Shown here piece by piece: positions 50,347-60,500 of a stretch of DNA of 64,000 nt. The stretch comes from a virus (lineage: Duplodnaviria; Caudoviricetes), in IMG/VR virus record IMGVR_UViG_3300032030_000005, positions 32,001 to 96,000 of that record. One strand, given 5' to 3'. The notes under the pieces are model-generated. The model was not told where the DNA came from and made no database searches. It saw nothing but the letters and a program-made list of their open reading frames with translations. Positions within the stretch are counted from its first letter, which is position 1, and the number at the start of each line of letters is the position of its first letter. The translations under genes were made by a program, and so were the position numbers.

Positions 50347-53300
50347 ATGTCAGTAATAGATATAAATATAACAGATCTTCAAGAAGACTATATGGTAAAA
50401 TACATGCGTAGTGTTCTTGAAGAGCGTTCTATACCAGATCTTAGAGATGGTCTTAAACCTATACAGCGTTATTGTATTTGGGATGCCTTTAATGAAGGAC
50501 ATACATATGATAAGCCACATGTTAAGTGTGCATTAGGTGTAGGATCTATTATTGGTAAATATAGTCCTCATGGCGATCAGTCAGCGTATATGGCAATGAT
50601 GAGATTAGCTCAGAATTTCTCATTAAATATACCATTAATTAATCCACATGGTAAAATATAAATTAAAAGAGTTATAATTAATAATAAAGAAGTGATTAAA
50701 ATAAGAAGTTATGAAGAAGAAATGAATTATTATTTAAATAATTTTGTAAGCATAAAAGATGTTTGCAAAAAATTTCATATAGATAATAAATCATTTTCAA
50801 AATATTTAAAATTAAATAATATCGAAATTAGAGAAACTAGACGAAAATATATAGTAAACGAAGAATATTTTGATATAATAGACACTGAAGATAAAGCTTA
50901 TTGGTTGGGATTTCTAATGGGCGATGGTTGCATAAAATCAAATAATAATCAAATACAATTAGCATTAAGCAATAAAGACGAAGATCATGTGATTAAATTT
51001 AAAAATTGTCTTAATTCAAACTATCCAATAATATATGAAGAAACTAAATTTAATAGTAAATCATCTATATTTAGAATATATAGCAAAAAAATGTATAATA
51101 GACTTAATGAGTTAAATTTCACAACACACAAATCGATGAATGAGAAATTTATACATTCAAATTTTGATTATGCATTTATTAGAGGTATATTTGATGCTGA
51201 TGGTTGGATTACTAAAAGCAAAAATCACCTTAAAGAATTTGGAATTTGTAGTTCTTTAAATTTATGTAATGAAATAAAAGATTATCTGATTTCTAAAGGT
51301 ATTAATAAAGATAAAATAAGTATTTCTAAAAACAATACTAAAAAAGATAATCAATTATATAGAATAAGAATTTTTAATTCCAAAGATTTAAAAACTGTAT
51401 ATGATTTATTATATCAAAATAAAAATTGTATTAATTTAGAACGTAAAAAAATAAAATTTGAAGATATTTTAAAATAACTCTTTTAATTTTTGCCGTCTTA
51501 AATGAAACCAACAAGTATATTTAAGATTATGAGTGCTGAATTAAGCTGGGAGGGTGTAAAATCCTAGTCAGAGATCGAAGGCTTTATTTAAAAGTAAAGT
51601 CAGACGCAACGCATAGTAATTGAAACTATAATTGAGATATTATAGAATATAATATTACCAAGAGGCAGCACTAACGGTTGGTACATTATGCAGAATAATG
51701 TGTTAAAAAGATATGCTATACTGGATTAGAATTGACTAATCGATGAAAATGAACGAAAGTTCCAGAGTATGAGATAAAAAACTCATAGATAATAACAATT
51801 AGAATTGTGGAAACATAGGTGGTGATTCACCTGCTGCCATGAGGTATGTTGAATACAGACTTTCAAAGTTTGGTCAATCTTTATGTACTGATATAAATAA
51901 AAATGCTGTGGATTTCACAGATAATTATACAGTAACATTAAAAGAACCTACTGTATTACCAGCTAAAGTTTGTAATTTATTAATCAATGGTTCACTTGGT
52001 ATTGCTTGTGGATTTATAACCAGTATTCCACCCCATAATATTAATGATGTATGCAATGCTACTATAAAATTGGTTAAAGATCCTAATACACATTTAGATT
52101 ATTTCGCAAAGCATCTTAGGCCAGACTTTCCTACCGGTGGTATTATATGTAATACTAGTGAATTAACTAATGCATATAAAACTGGAACAGGAAATATAAA
52201 GATAAGATCTAAGGTAGAAATTGTAACTAAGAAAAATGGTTCATCAATTATTAAGGTAAAACAGATACCATATTTAGTTACAATAGGTCCTAGAATTGTA
52301 CCTGGAGCAACTACAACTGATGGCGGTCTTGTAAACAGTATTGTCGATAAAATTAAAGCAAATGTAATTGAAGGAATTAGTGATATTCAGGATCATTCAG
52401 ATAAAAATGATATCGAAATTGATATTCATGTAAAGAAAGACTATGATCCGAATGTCATTTTAGCTCAGTTATATAAATATACTAAGCTTGAAAGTTCATA
52501 TAAGATTCAGCTTGTATGTTTAAATAATGGTTCTTTTGATGTTTATAACATTAAGAGAATTCTTGAAGAGTTCTTAGATTTTAGACGAGATACTATTAGA
52601 AGAACAATAATCTTTGATATTAATAAATTTCAGCGTAGAATTCATATTCTTGAAGGCTTAATTCTTGCTTTATCAAATATCGATGATGTTGTTAAAATTA
52701 TTAGAGCATCCGCTGATACTAAGATAGCTGCTTCTAAGTTAAAGAAGAAACTTCCTTCATTAACAACAGTTCAAGTAGATTATATACTTGACATGAAATT
52801 ATCTACATTAACTGGCTTAGAAATCGATAAGCTTAAAAATGAAAGAGATGATAAGCTTAACAAGGTTAATGAATTCATTGAAGACCTTAAGCCAGAAAAT
52901 ATTGATAAGAGAATTATTGAAGAACAGGAAGAGTATAAGAAGACATATGGTACTCCTATTAAAACAGAGTATATGGATATAGATACTAACATCACAATTG
53001 AAGATACTATTGAAAAAGAAGATTGTGTTGTCATTCTATCTAAGGACAGTTATGTAAAAAGACTGTCACCTAATACGTTCAAGACACAGAACAGAAATAC
53101 ACAAGGTAATAATTTGTCTATATCTGTTAAAGATATCTTTACAACAAACACTAAAGACCATTTAATGTGTTTTACTAATACTGGAAGAGTCTTTGATATA
53201 AAGGTTTATCAGATACCAGAAAGTAATTTAAAATCAAAAGGAACTAAATTACCTATTAATCTTAAGAAGGATGAAAAAGTAGTTAAGATTCTTTGTTTAA

Positions 53301-53989
53301 GTGATGAACAACTTAACAAAGAAGATTCTTATCTGATATTTGTTACTAAGAATGGTATTTGTAAGAAAACTAATATTGAAGACTTTAATAATATTAATAG
53401 TGCCGGATTAATAGCTATTAAGCTTAATGAAGGTGATAAGTTAGTATTTACAGGTCTTATAGATACAGAGAAAGATATTCAGGATATTATCATAGCTTCA
53501 AATACTGGTAATACAGTACGATATAATCATGAAGAATTCAAGCCTATGGGCAGAGTTACAATGGGCCTTACAGCTATGTATTTACCAGAGGACGAATATA
53601 TAGCAAGTGCTTGTATTATAGATAGTCTTAATGATAAAGTATTCTTTGTTACCAGTCAAGGATTAGGTAAGACAACTCTTATAACCGATATGGTTAAAAA
53701 GAAGAATAACGGTAAAATAGCAACAATCAATGATGGTTTCCCACGTCTTAAGAGAACATCAAATATTAAAGGACGTATAGGAATAGAACTTAAAGATAAT
53801 GATAGCTTATTAGATATTTTACCAATCCATGAAGATGATGAGATAAAAGACTTAATAATTACTACATGTAATAAAGTCTTGACAATAAGTACAAGTGAAT
53901 TCTTAAAGCCTTTAAAGCGAACAACATGTGGAAAGAAGCTTATTAATTTAGCTGAAGAAGACCATATCGTTAATGTAGCTTTAAGATAA
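50347..53989 (+). CDS. gyrA: Gyrase subunit A, two exons: join(50347..50652,51803..53989), 830 aa
   Basis: Exon 1 DLRDGLKPIQR...PHGD...LINPHG joins in frame to NCGNIGGDSPAAMRY, restoring the conserved GNxGxxxGDxxAAMRY motif. C-terminal pinwheel repeats present. Confidence 0.93.
50653..51802 (+). mobile_element. Group I intron (1150 nt) in gyrA
   Basis: Exon 1 ends in U and the intron ends in G. IGS TTTTGCCGT (~51488-51496) pairs with ATGGT|AAAA, giving a U-G pair at the splice site. P3 AGTGCTG/CAGCACT; P7 GCATA/TATGC. Confidence 0.88.
50692..51477 (+). CDS. Intron-encoded LAGLIDADG homing endonuclease
   Basis: Two motifs, KAYWLGFLMGDG and AFIRGIFDADG, plus an N-terminal HTH-like segment. 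Confidence 0.9.
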   Translation: MIKIRSYEEEMNYYLNNFVSIKDVCKKFHIDNKSFSKYLKLNNIEIRETRRKYIVNEEYFDIIDTEDKAYWLGFLMGDGCIKSNNNQIQLALSNKDEDHVIKFKNCLNSNYPIIYEETKFNSKSSIFRIYSKKMYNRLNELNFTTHKSMNEKFIHSNFDYAFIRGIFDADGWITKSKNHLKEFGICSSLNLCNEIKDYLISKGINKDKISISKNNTKKDNQLYRIRIFNSKDLKTVYDLLYQNKNCINLERKKIKFEDILK

Positions 53990-54047
53990 AAATATTTACC
54001 CTAAAGAGATAATTCTCTTTAGGGTATTTTTATAAGGAGCTTTTATT

Positions 54048-54653
54048 ATGAAAAAGTGTTATGATAAAAAAGTATTAAAAGAATTATTAAAAAATTTTAA
54101 AAACTCTAAAAATTTTAATACAATAGGTATTACTCCAGATGGAGTTTATAATCATTGCTATAAGTTTAATATTAAAGACGATTATTTATATTTATCATAT
54201 GATAAATGTGCATCATATAATAAGCGTGGTAATGAACATCTTTCTGTAATAGATAACTTTGAAAATGTAAAGTTTCTATATAAAGATAATAAAATATATG
54301 CAACTAATATTCTGACTTTTATGGATTTAATAAATTTCATAGGTAGATATAGACGATGTATTGTAAAAAATAGTTATGAAATTATTAATGATTTTATGAA
54401 ATCGAATGATTATAAGTCTTTATTATATATAAATAATAAGAAAACTAAGTGTACAAAACCGAACTATAGAACTGATTTTTCATTAATATTACATTCTGCT
54501 GAATTTAATAATATATTTAATATATTAAATGCAAATAATACAATTGATAATAATGAAGATGAATTTTACTATGATATTTATAAAAATGAATTTCATATTA
54601 ATATTAATAATGAACAGAATAGAGCTTTATTAGAAGTTTATAATAATTTATAA
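54048..54653 (+). CDS. Hypothetical protein with shared C-terminal module
   Basis: C-terminus YYDIYKNEFHININNEQNRALLEVYNNL. Confidence 0.6.
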   Translation: MKKCYDKKVLKELLKNFKNSKNFNTIGITPDGVYNHCYKFNIKDDYLYLSYDKCASYNKRGNEHLSVIDNFENVKFLYKDNKIYATNILTFMDLINFIGRYRRCIVKNSYEIINDFMKSNDYKSLLYINNKKTKCTKPNYRTDFSLILHSAEFNNIFNILNANNTIDNNEDEFYYDIYKNEFHININNEQNRALLEVYNNL

Positions 54654-54722
54654 ATACATATTATATTTAGGAGATATATTATTTGTATCTCCTAATTTTT
54701 TATTAATAAAGGAGTAAAGAAA

Positions 54723-55421
54723 ATGGAAAATATAAATAACCATACAAGTATAATTAAAAGTATTAAATTTTTTAAATATGAAAGACCCCTTAAAGTGAGC
54801 TTTCTTGATTTAATAAATAATAATGATGAACATTATACTTTAACCGTCAATTGTAATAAAGCAAACGACTATATTACAAACGATAGTTATCAGTTTGAAA
54901 GTGGTAGTTTTCATGATGCTATTAAATATGATAAAGATACAAAAACTGTATACATAAAAAATAGTCCATCGTCTATGAGACATATTTTCTATGAAATTTT
55001 TGTTAATATTATTAAAGTGACCGCTTATAAAGACTTTAAACCTAATAGATTTTATAACGGTAGAAAATATAAAAATAATCAGACATCTGAAGAATTATTA
55101 AAAGAGTCATTATATAAAGATTATTTAAACTTTTTAGATAATATGTATATTAATATAAAAATACAAAATGTTAAAAATAATGAAATTATTGATAATATAA
55201 AAATGACTTATTATGATTCTTATTATTTGGCTAAACGACAGGCTACAACAAACTATAATACTTTATTATTTAGAAACTTAATAAAGTATTATGATCTAAA
55301 ATCATCTAAGAATGATGTAAGATTGAATTGGATAAAATTAGATTTAACTTATTTTAGTATAACATTGCCAGTAAATGATGTTGCTTATGCTAAAGTTAAA
55401 TTAAATACTTCAACAACATAA
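54723..55421 (+). CDS. Hypothetical protein with shared C-terminal module
   Basis: C-terminus LDLTYFSITLPVNDVAYAKVKLNTSTT. Confidence 0.6.
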   Translation: MENINNHTSIIKSIKFFKYERPLKVSFLDLINNNDEHYTLTVNCNKANDYITNDSYQFESGSFHDAIKYDKDTKTVYIKNSPSSMRHIFYEIFVNIIKVTAYKDFKPNRFYNGRKYKNNQTSEELLKESLYKDYLNFLDNMYINIKIQNVKNNEIIDNIKMTYYDSYYLAKRQATTNYNTLLFRNLIKYYDLKSSKNDVRLNWIKLDLTYFSITLPVNDVAYAKVKLNTSTT

Positions 55422-55431
55422 GGAGGTTTTA

Positions 55432-55788
55432 TTGTTGGATGGACATATTCAGCTATATAAGAATAATGATTTAACTTATGAGGAAAAGCATAAGTTAATT
55501 ATGAGAATTTATTCTCAAACACATAACGACATTTATTTATTAAATGAAGCTAATCCAGCTAATCAGCTTCAAGGAGGGATTCTTCATAACTATCTTTACA
55601 CATTACCAAAAAATTTAGAACATTTATCTGGTGCAACATTAAATGTTATATCTCAGAATGAGCTGCTTGATAATATGGTGGCTGTAGAGATATATTACAA
55701 CACGGTTGCAAATAATTCTATCTACTTGATAACACTTACCGAAAAAATGTATGCATTATTAAGTATAGATAATACATTGGAGGCATAA
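55432..55788 (+). CDS. Hypothetical protein with shared C-terminal module
   Basis: AAGGAGG SD; C-terminus YYNTVANNSIYLITLTEKMYALLSIDNTLEA. Confidence 0.6.
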   Translation: MLDGHIQLYKNNDLTYEEKHKLIMRIYSQTHNDIYLLNEANPANQLQGGILHNYLYTLPKNLEHLSGATLNVISQNELLDNMVAVEIYYNTVANNSIYLITLTEKMYALLSIDNTLEA

Positions 55789-55794
55789 TATAAT

Positions 55795-56151
55795 ATGGTT
55801 AACGTCAAAGAAACTTTGCACCTGTGGGTTGATTGCCCTTTAGGTTTATACAAAGCATACTTTAGGCATGGAAAAACAAAGCAAGAAATACCATTTTCAA
55901 ATCAAATATGGGATGAAATATCTTGCATTATACATGAATTAGATAAATTAAATAAAACAATACCTGGTATTTATGATAAAATGACAGGACTTAAATTAGA
56001 TAATTACAATGGTAAATTGATTATTTATTGTAATGATGAGTTATATGCTTATCTGTCAATAAATAATCTTTTTGATAATGATTCAATGGAGGTACGTTAT
56101 GATAGAAATAATCTTTTATATCCTATTAGGAGTATTATTGATATGGATTGA
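55795..56151 (+). CDS. Hypothetical protein with shared module near C-terminus
   Basis: LDNYNGKLIIYCNDELYAYLSINNLF, then a tail overlapping the next gene. Confidence 0.6.
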   Translation: MVNVKETLHLWVDCPLGLYKAYFRHGKTKQEIPFSNQIWDEISCIIHELDKLNKTIPGIYDKMTGLKLDNYNGKLIIYCNDELYAYLSINNLFDNDSMEVRYDRNNLLYPIRSIIDMD

Positions 56152-56281
56152 AGATATATACAGTCCTATAATAATTACCGAGGATGATATCTATGGATGC
56201 TTAGTATACGCCAAGATTGTGACAACAGGCTTCTTTAAAGAAGTTGTTGTCAAAAAAATTAAATCACTCTTTAAGAAGTGA
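56099..56281 (+). CDS. Small membrane protein
   Basis: GGAGGT SD before ATG 56099; MIEIIFYILLGVLLIWI. Confidence 0.5.
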   Translation: MIEIIFYILLGVLLIWIEDIYSPIIITEDDIYGCLVYAKIVTTGFFKEVVVKKIKSLFKK

Positions 56282-56355
56282 TAATAAGATTAAATACTCC
56301 AGAGACTAAAAATTCTCTGGAGTATTTTTTTAACAATTTAGTGAGGAAATATTTT

Positions 56356-57468
56356 ATGAAAAAAACAACTGAAGACTTTAAAATAGAAGTAAGTAATTTA
56401 ACTAATAATGAATATACATTGATATCAGAATATATCAATAATAAAACAAGAGTTACAATTCAACATAATAAATGTAATAATATATATGAAGTTAGACCAG
56501 ATAGATTTATTCAAGGTGATAGATGTCCTTATTGTGCTGGGAAAATTGTTACCACTGATGAATATAAGAATAAAGTATATAATTTAACAAATGGTGAATA
56601 TGAGCTAATATCAGAATATATCAATAATAAAACTAAAATAAAAATACTGCATCATAAATGTAATAATATTTTTGAAATAACACCTATTAATTTTAATAAT
56701 AATCATAGATGTCCATATTGTTCACACCCAAGTAAGAAGAATTCTATAGAAGATATTAAAACTAAAATATTCAATCAAGTTAATAATGAATATACTTTAT
56801 TAAGTGATACATATATAAATAATAAATCTAAATTATTATTTAGACATAATAAATGTGGTAATGAATTTGAATCTAGTGCTGATAACTTTCTTAATAAAAA
56901 GAGACGTTGTCCTAAATGTTCTTTAGAATTAAGAAGTAAAAAACATAAACTAACTCATGAAGAATTCTTAGCTAAAATACCTAAAGATGTTTTTAATGAT
57001 TATGATATATTAACTAAATATACAGCTAGAAAAAATAATATTAAAGTCTTATGTAAAAAATGTAATAATACTTTTATATTAACAGCTGATGAATTTCTAG
57101 CTGGCAATAGATGTCCTCACTGTAGAGTATCTATTGGTGAAGATTTTATAGATAAATGGTTAACTAAAAATGGTTATGAACATATATGGCATTTTAAAGA
57201 CTTTAAAGATTGTAAATATAAAAAGACTTTAGAATTTGATTTTAAATTAGAAGATTCTAATGGTAAAATATTTATAATTGAATATGATGGTGAATTTCAT
57301 TTTTTACCTATATATGGCAAAAAACAATTAGAGCTACAAATTAAAAGAGATAACATTAAAAATGATTATTGTAAAAAACATGGAATAGATATTTATCGAA
57401 TACCATATACAAAGTTTAATGAATTAAATTCTATATTGGAAAGTATTGTTAGTAAATATAATTATTAA
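56356..57468 (+). CDS. Free-standing homing-type endonuclease: four Zn-ribbon repeats plus C-terminal PD-(D/E)XK/Vsr-like domain
   Basis: Four repeats of EYxLISEYINNKTK..H.KC.N.F....RCP.C; C-terminal FDF...IEYDGEFHF...RDNIKNDYC...IYRIPY. Confidence 0.8.
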   Translation: MKKTTEDFKIEVSNLTNNEYTLISEYINNKTRVTIQHNKCNNIYEVRPDRFIQGDRCPYCAGKIVTTDEYKNKVYNLTNGEYELISEYINNKTKIKILHHKCNNIFEITPINFNNNHRCPYCSHPSKKNSIEDIKTKIFNQVNNEYTLLSDTYINNKSKLLFRHNKCGNEFESSADNFLNKKRRCPKCSLELRSKKHKLTHEEFLAKIPKDVFNDYDILTKYTARKNNIKVLCKKCNNTFILTADEFLAGNRCPHCRVSIGEDFIDKWLTKNGYEHIWHFKDFKDCKYKKTLEFDFKLEDSNGKIFIIEYDGEFHFLPIYGKKQLELQIKRDNIKNDYCKKHGIDIYRIPYTKFNELNSILESIVSKYNY

Positions 57469-57511
57469 AATATATACCCTAAAGATCAAACGATCTTTAG
57501 GGTAAATTTTT

Positions 57512-60500
57512 TTAGTACATTTCTTTGATTTGTCGTTTAAGTTCTATAAGTGCTTTAGACGCATATCCCATGATAAAAATATCCAATGTCATACGTGAAT
57601 TTATACTAAGAGGGCTTAATATACCTTCAATTATTTCATCTTGTCTATAATCTGAATATGGTTCTTCACCTTTTTCAAGAACTCTAGAAACGATGGTTTT
57701 AAGCGCAGTACCGTAGATTATTTTATCACCAACACCTAATTCCTGATAGTATTCGATAAAGAATTCAAACATTACACCATCTACAAGATCTTCACCTTTA
57801 ATTTTATCTTCTTTCTGAATATCTATAATAGGTGCATTAAGACTATCAAAACCACTACCTTTATATTTTTCGATAAGGTTCTTTCTAGTCTTCTTACTAT
57901 TAATATAAGACTTAATAATATTCTGTAAACTTTCAGAATATTCGTTAATCTCATTTGTATAATATATATTAATCTTTGTTACTACACCTGTGTATTTACA
58001 CTTTAATTCATTTTTAGCCATTTCAGCAATGTTTTCTACAAATTCATCACCGATTTTACCAAGAATATCATTAATAGATTCATCATTAAACGCATTTTCA
58101 AATACTAATAATGGTTCATTAGTCTTGATATGCTGACCTTCTTTAGCTATATAACTTACTGTAGCATTTTTATCTAATATTTTAGTCTTTCTCATTGTTA
58201 CTTTAGTTGCCATAGCTTCGGATAATGTTTCTGTAATCATAGAAGAGTCTTCAAGTGTAAAGTCTCCTGATGTTATGGCTATTTTACTTAATCTACCAAG
58301 ACAATATGTAATATCGTCCTTTTTACCGTCTCCCTTAAAGAAGTTAGGGTTTTTAGCTAAAATAGCACCTTTAACGAATTTATCTCCTTCATTATATAAC
58401 ATTTCGAATTCCTGTCCAATAAAGAAACCACCATTAGAGTTATTACATTCAACTATATCTAAATCTATTAAATCCTGTTTACCAGATTTATATTTTATAA
58501 TAGCTACTTTATTCTTAGTATCTATTTTTTCAACTACACCGTCTTCTTTAGCTTTAAATGCAAATTCATCAGAGATCATATATGGAACAGTCTTTTCAAT
58601 ACCACTACCAATAATAGGAGGTCTTTGATCTAATACTGATACGATGTGTTTCTGTTGTACAGACTGCATTGAAATACGTGGAGAGTCAGCGTGAGTAGTT
58701 GTAGCCGGGTTAAGTAATTCGGATACATCATACTGTGTTGTATTACCGTTACCAGATTTATTACTTGGGTCCACAAAGCCATAGATGTTTGTAATTTTAG
58801 GGTCATATGTCAGTTGTCGAACAATGCCTACCTGATTACCTTCAGGTGTATTTAATGATATTAATCCCTTCATGTTCTCATTGTAACCACGTACTCGTTT
58901 AGTATATGCTTCACTTACATTAATACCTGCTAATCCCTTCATAGAAGCATTACCAGTTTTCTCCAATTCAAGAGAAGGATTTAAACTTGAATAGTTTTCA
59001 ATAGTTTTAAGTTCCATCAATTTTTTAGTAAGAATATCTGGATCAACTGTAATCTTTACAGGGTTTTTAGCATGTTTAGAGTCTTTATAATGTTTAAATG
59101 CATCTGCTAATACTTTATACATCATAGCAGGAACTTGTTCAGCACCACGAATTCTAAAATTATTAACATCTGTAGGTTCTGTAAATGAAATATCTTCAAG
59201 TAATGTATTAGCATATAATAATACATCATATACATTTGTAGGAAGATTTAATTCTTCTAAGATATCTCTTGTAATAGGATCTATTAATAATGAAATAGAG
59301 TTATGGAAACCTTTAGCAGCATTTCGTGAATTAAATGCATCACCAAAGTAATCTATATATGGATCTTTAGTATTCATATCTGCAAAGACTATTTCTTCAC
59401 AATCCATTTCTAATAATCCTGATAATAACATACTATTTCTAATCTTAGAAGTATCATAATAAAGATAACCATCTTTAAATTTAATTTTACCAATATCATC
59501 TTGGATATTAATAGATTTATTCTTTTCTTCAAATGTATATTCAATATTATATCTTTCTAAAAGATTTAATAATCCTAATTCATATCCTAATAAAACTGCT
59601 ATAGGAAGTGTTTTATTATTGATTTCCATTCTTGAATATGTTAATTTATTATTTGTTTTAATCTTAGTAGATGATAAATCCTTTACCTTATCAGTTGTTA
59701 CTTCATTGATTAAAGTAATAATCCACGATGATAATGTAGTATCTAAATTCTCATAATTCTTTCCATCATAAAGATATATCTTTTTATCAACAATATTAGA
59801 AAGTATTAATTTTTTCTTATCACTTGTATGACCTAACATGAAGTATTCTTTTTTATCAAAGGTTGCTTTAACAGAAAGCTTTTCATCATATTTAGGCTTA
59901 TTTATATCAAGCATATTTTGTACCGTCTGTTGGTCGAAGATTAATTTATAATTTTCAACATCTAAGCTATAAAGATAAGTAGATATATCACAATATTCTG
60001 ATGATACAGTATACTTACCATTATTCTTAATTGAGTTACCTAATTTATAATCAAAGGTAACTCCTTGTTTTTTATATTTTAATAAATTATGCTTAGTAAA
60101 TAAAGTTTTAAGATATGTTAACTTTTCACTAAACTTTTGACCAAATCTAGTAATAAAGTGCTTATTATAGTTAGTTGTAATCTGTACTCTGTCTGGTTCT
60201 AATTTAACGATAGGCATAAATACAATCTGTTTCATAATAATCTTTTTATTACCATTTACATACATGAATTTACCATCTTTGATTTCTGGTATATTTACTT
60301 TGAATTTATGTGCTACACCTGTATCATCTTTAAATTCAATTTCAAGTAATTGCTGTTTATTCATATCTGTATTATTTGGTTTAAGATCTATCTTATTAAC
60401 ATATACACCAATATCATTATCATTATTAAATGCTTTAAATACTTTAATCATATCCTGATTAAATTTCTTATTCATATAAGAATTATCATAATCTGTTAAA

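Noticed and set aside
50347-53989. gyrA as a pseudogene or intein-containing gene
   Set aside because: In-frame stops exclude an intein, and group I intron pairings restore an intact reading frame.
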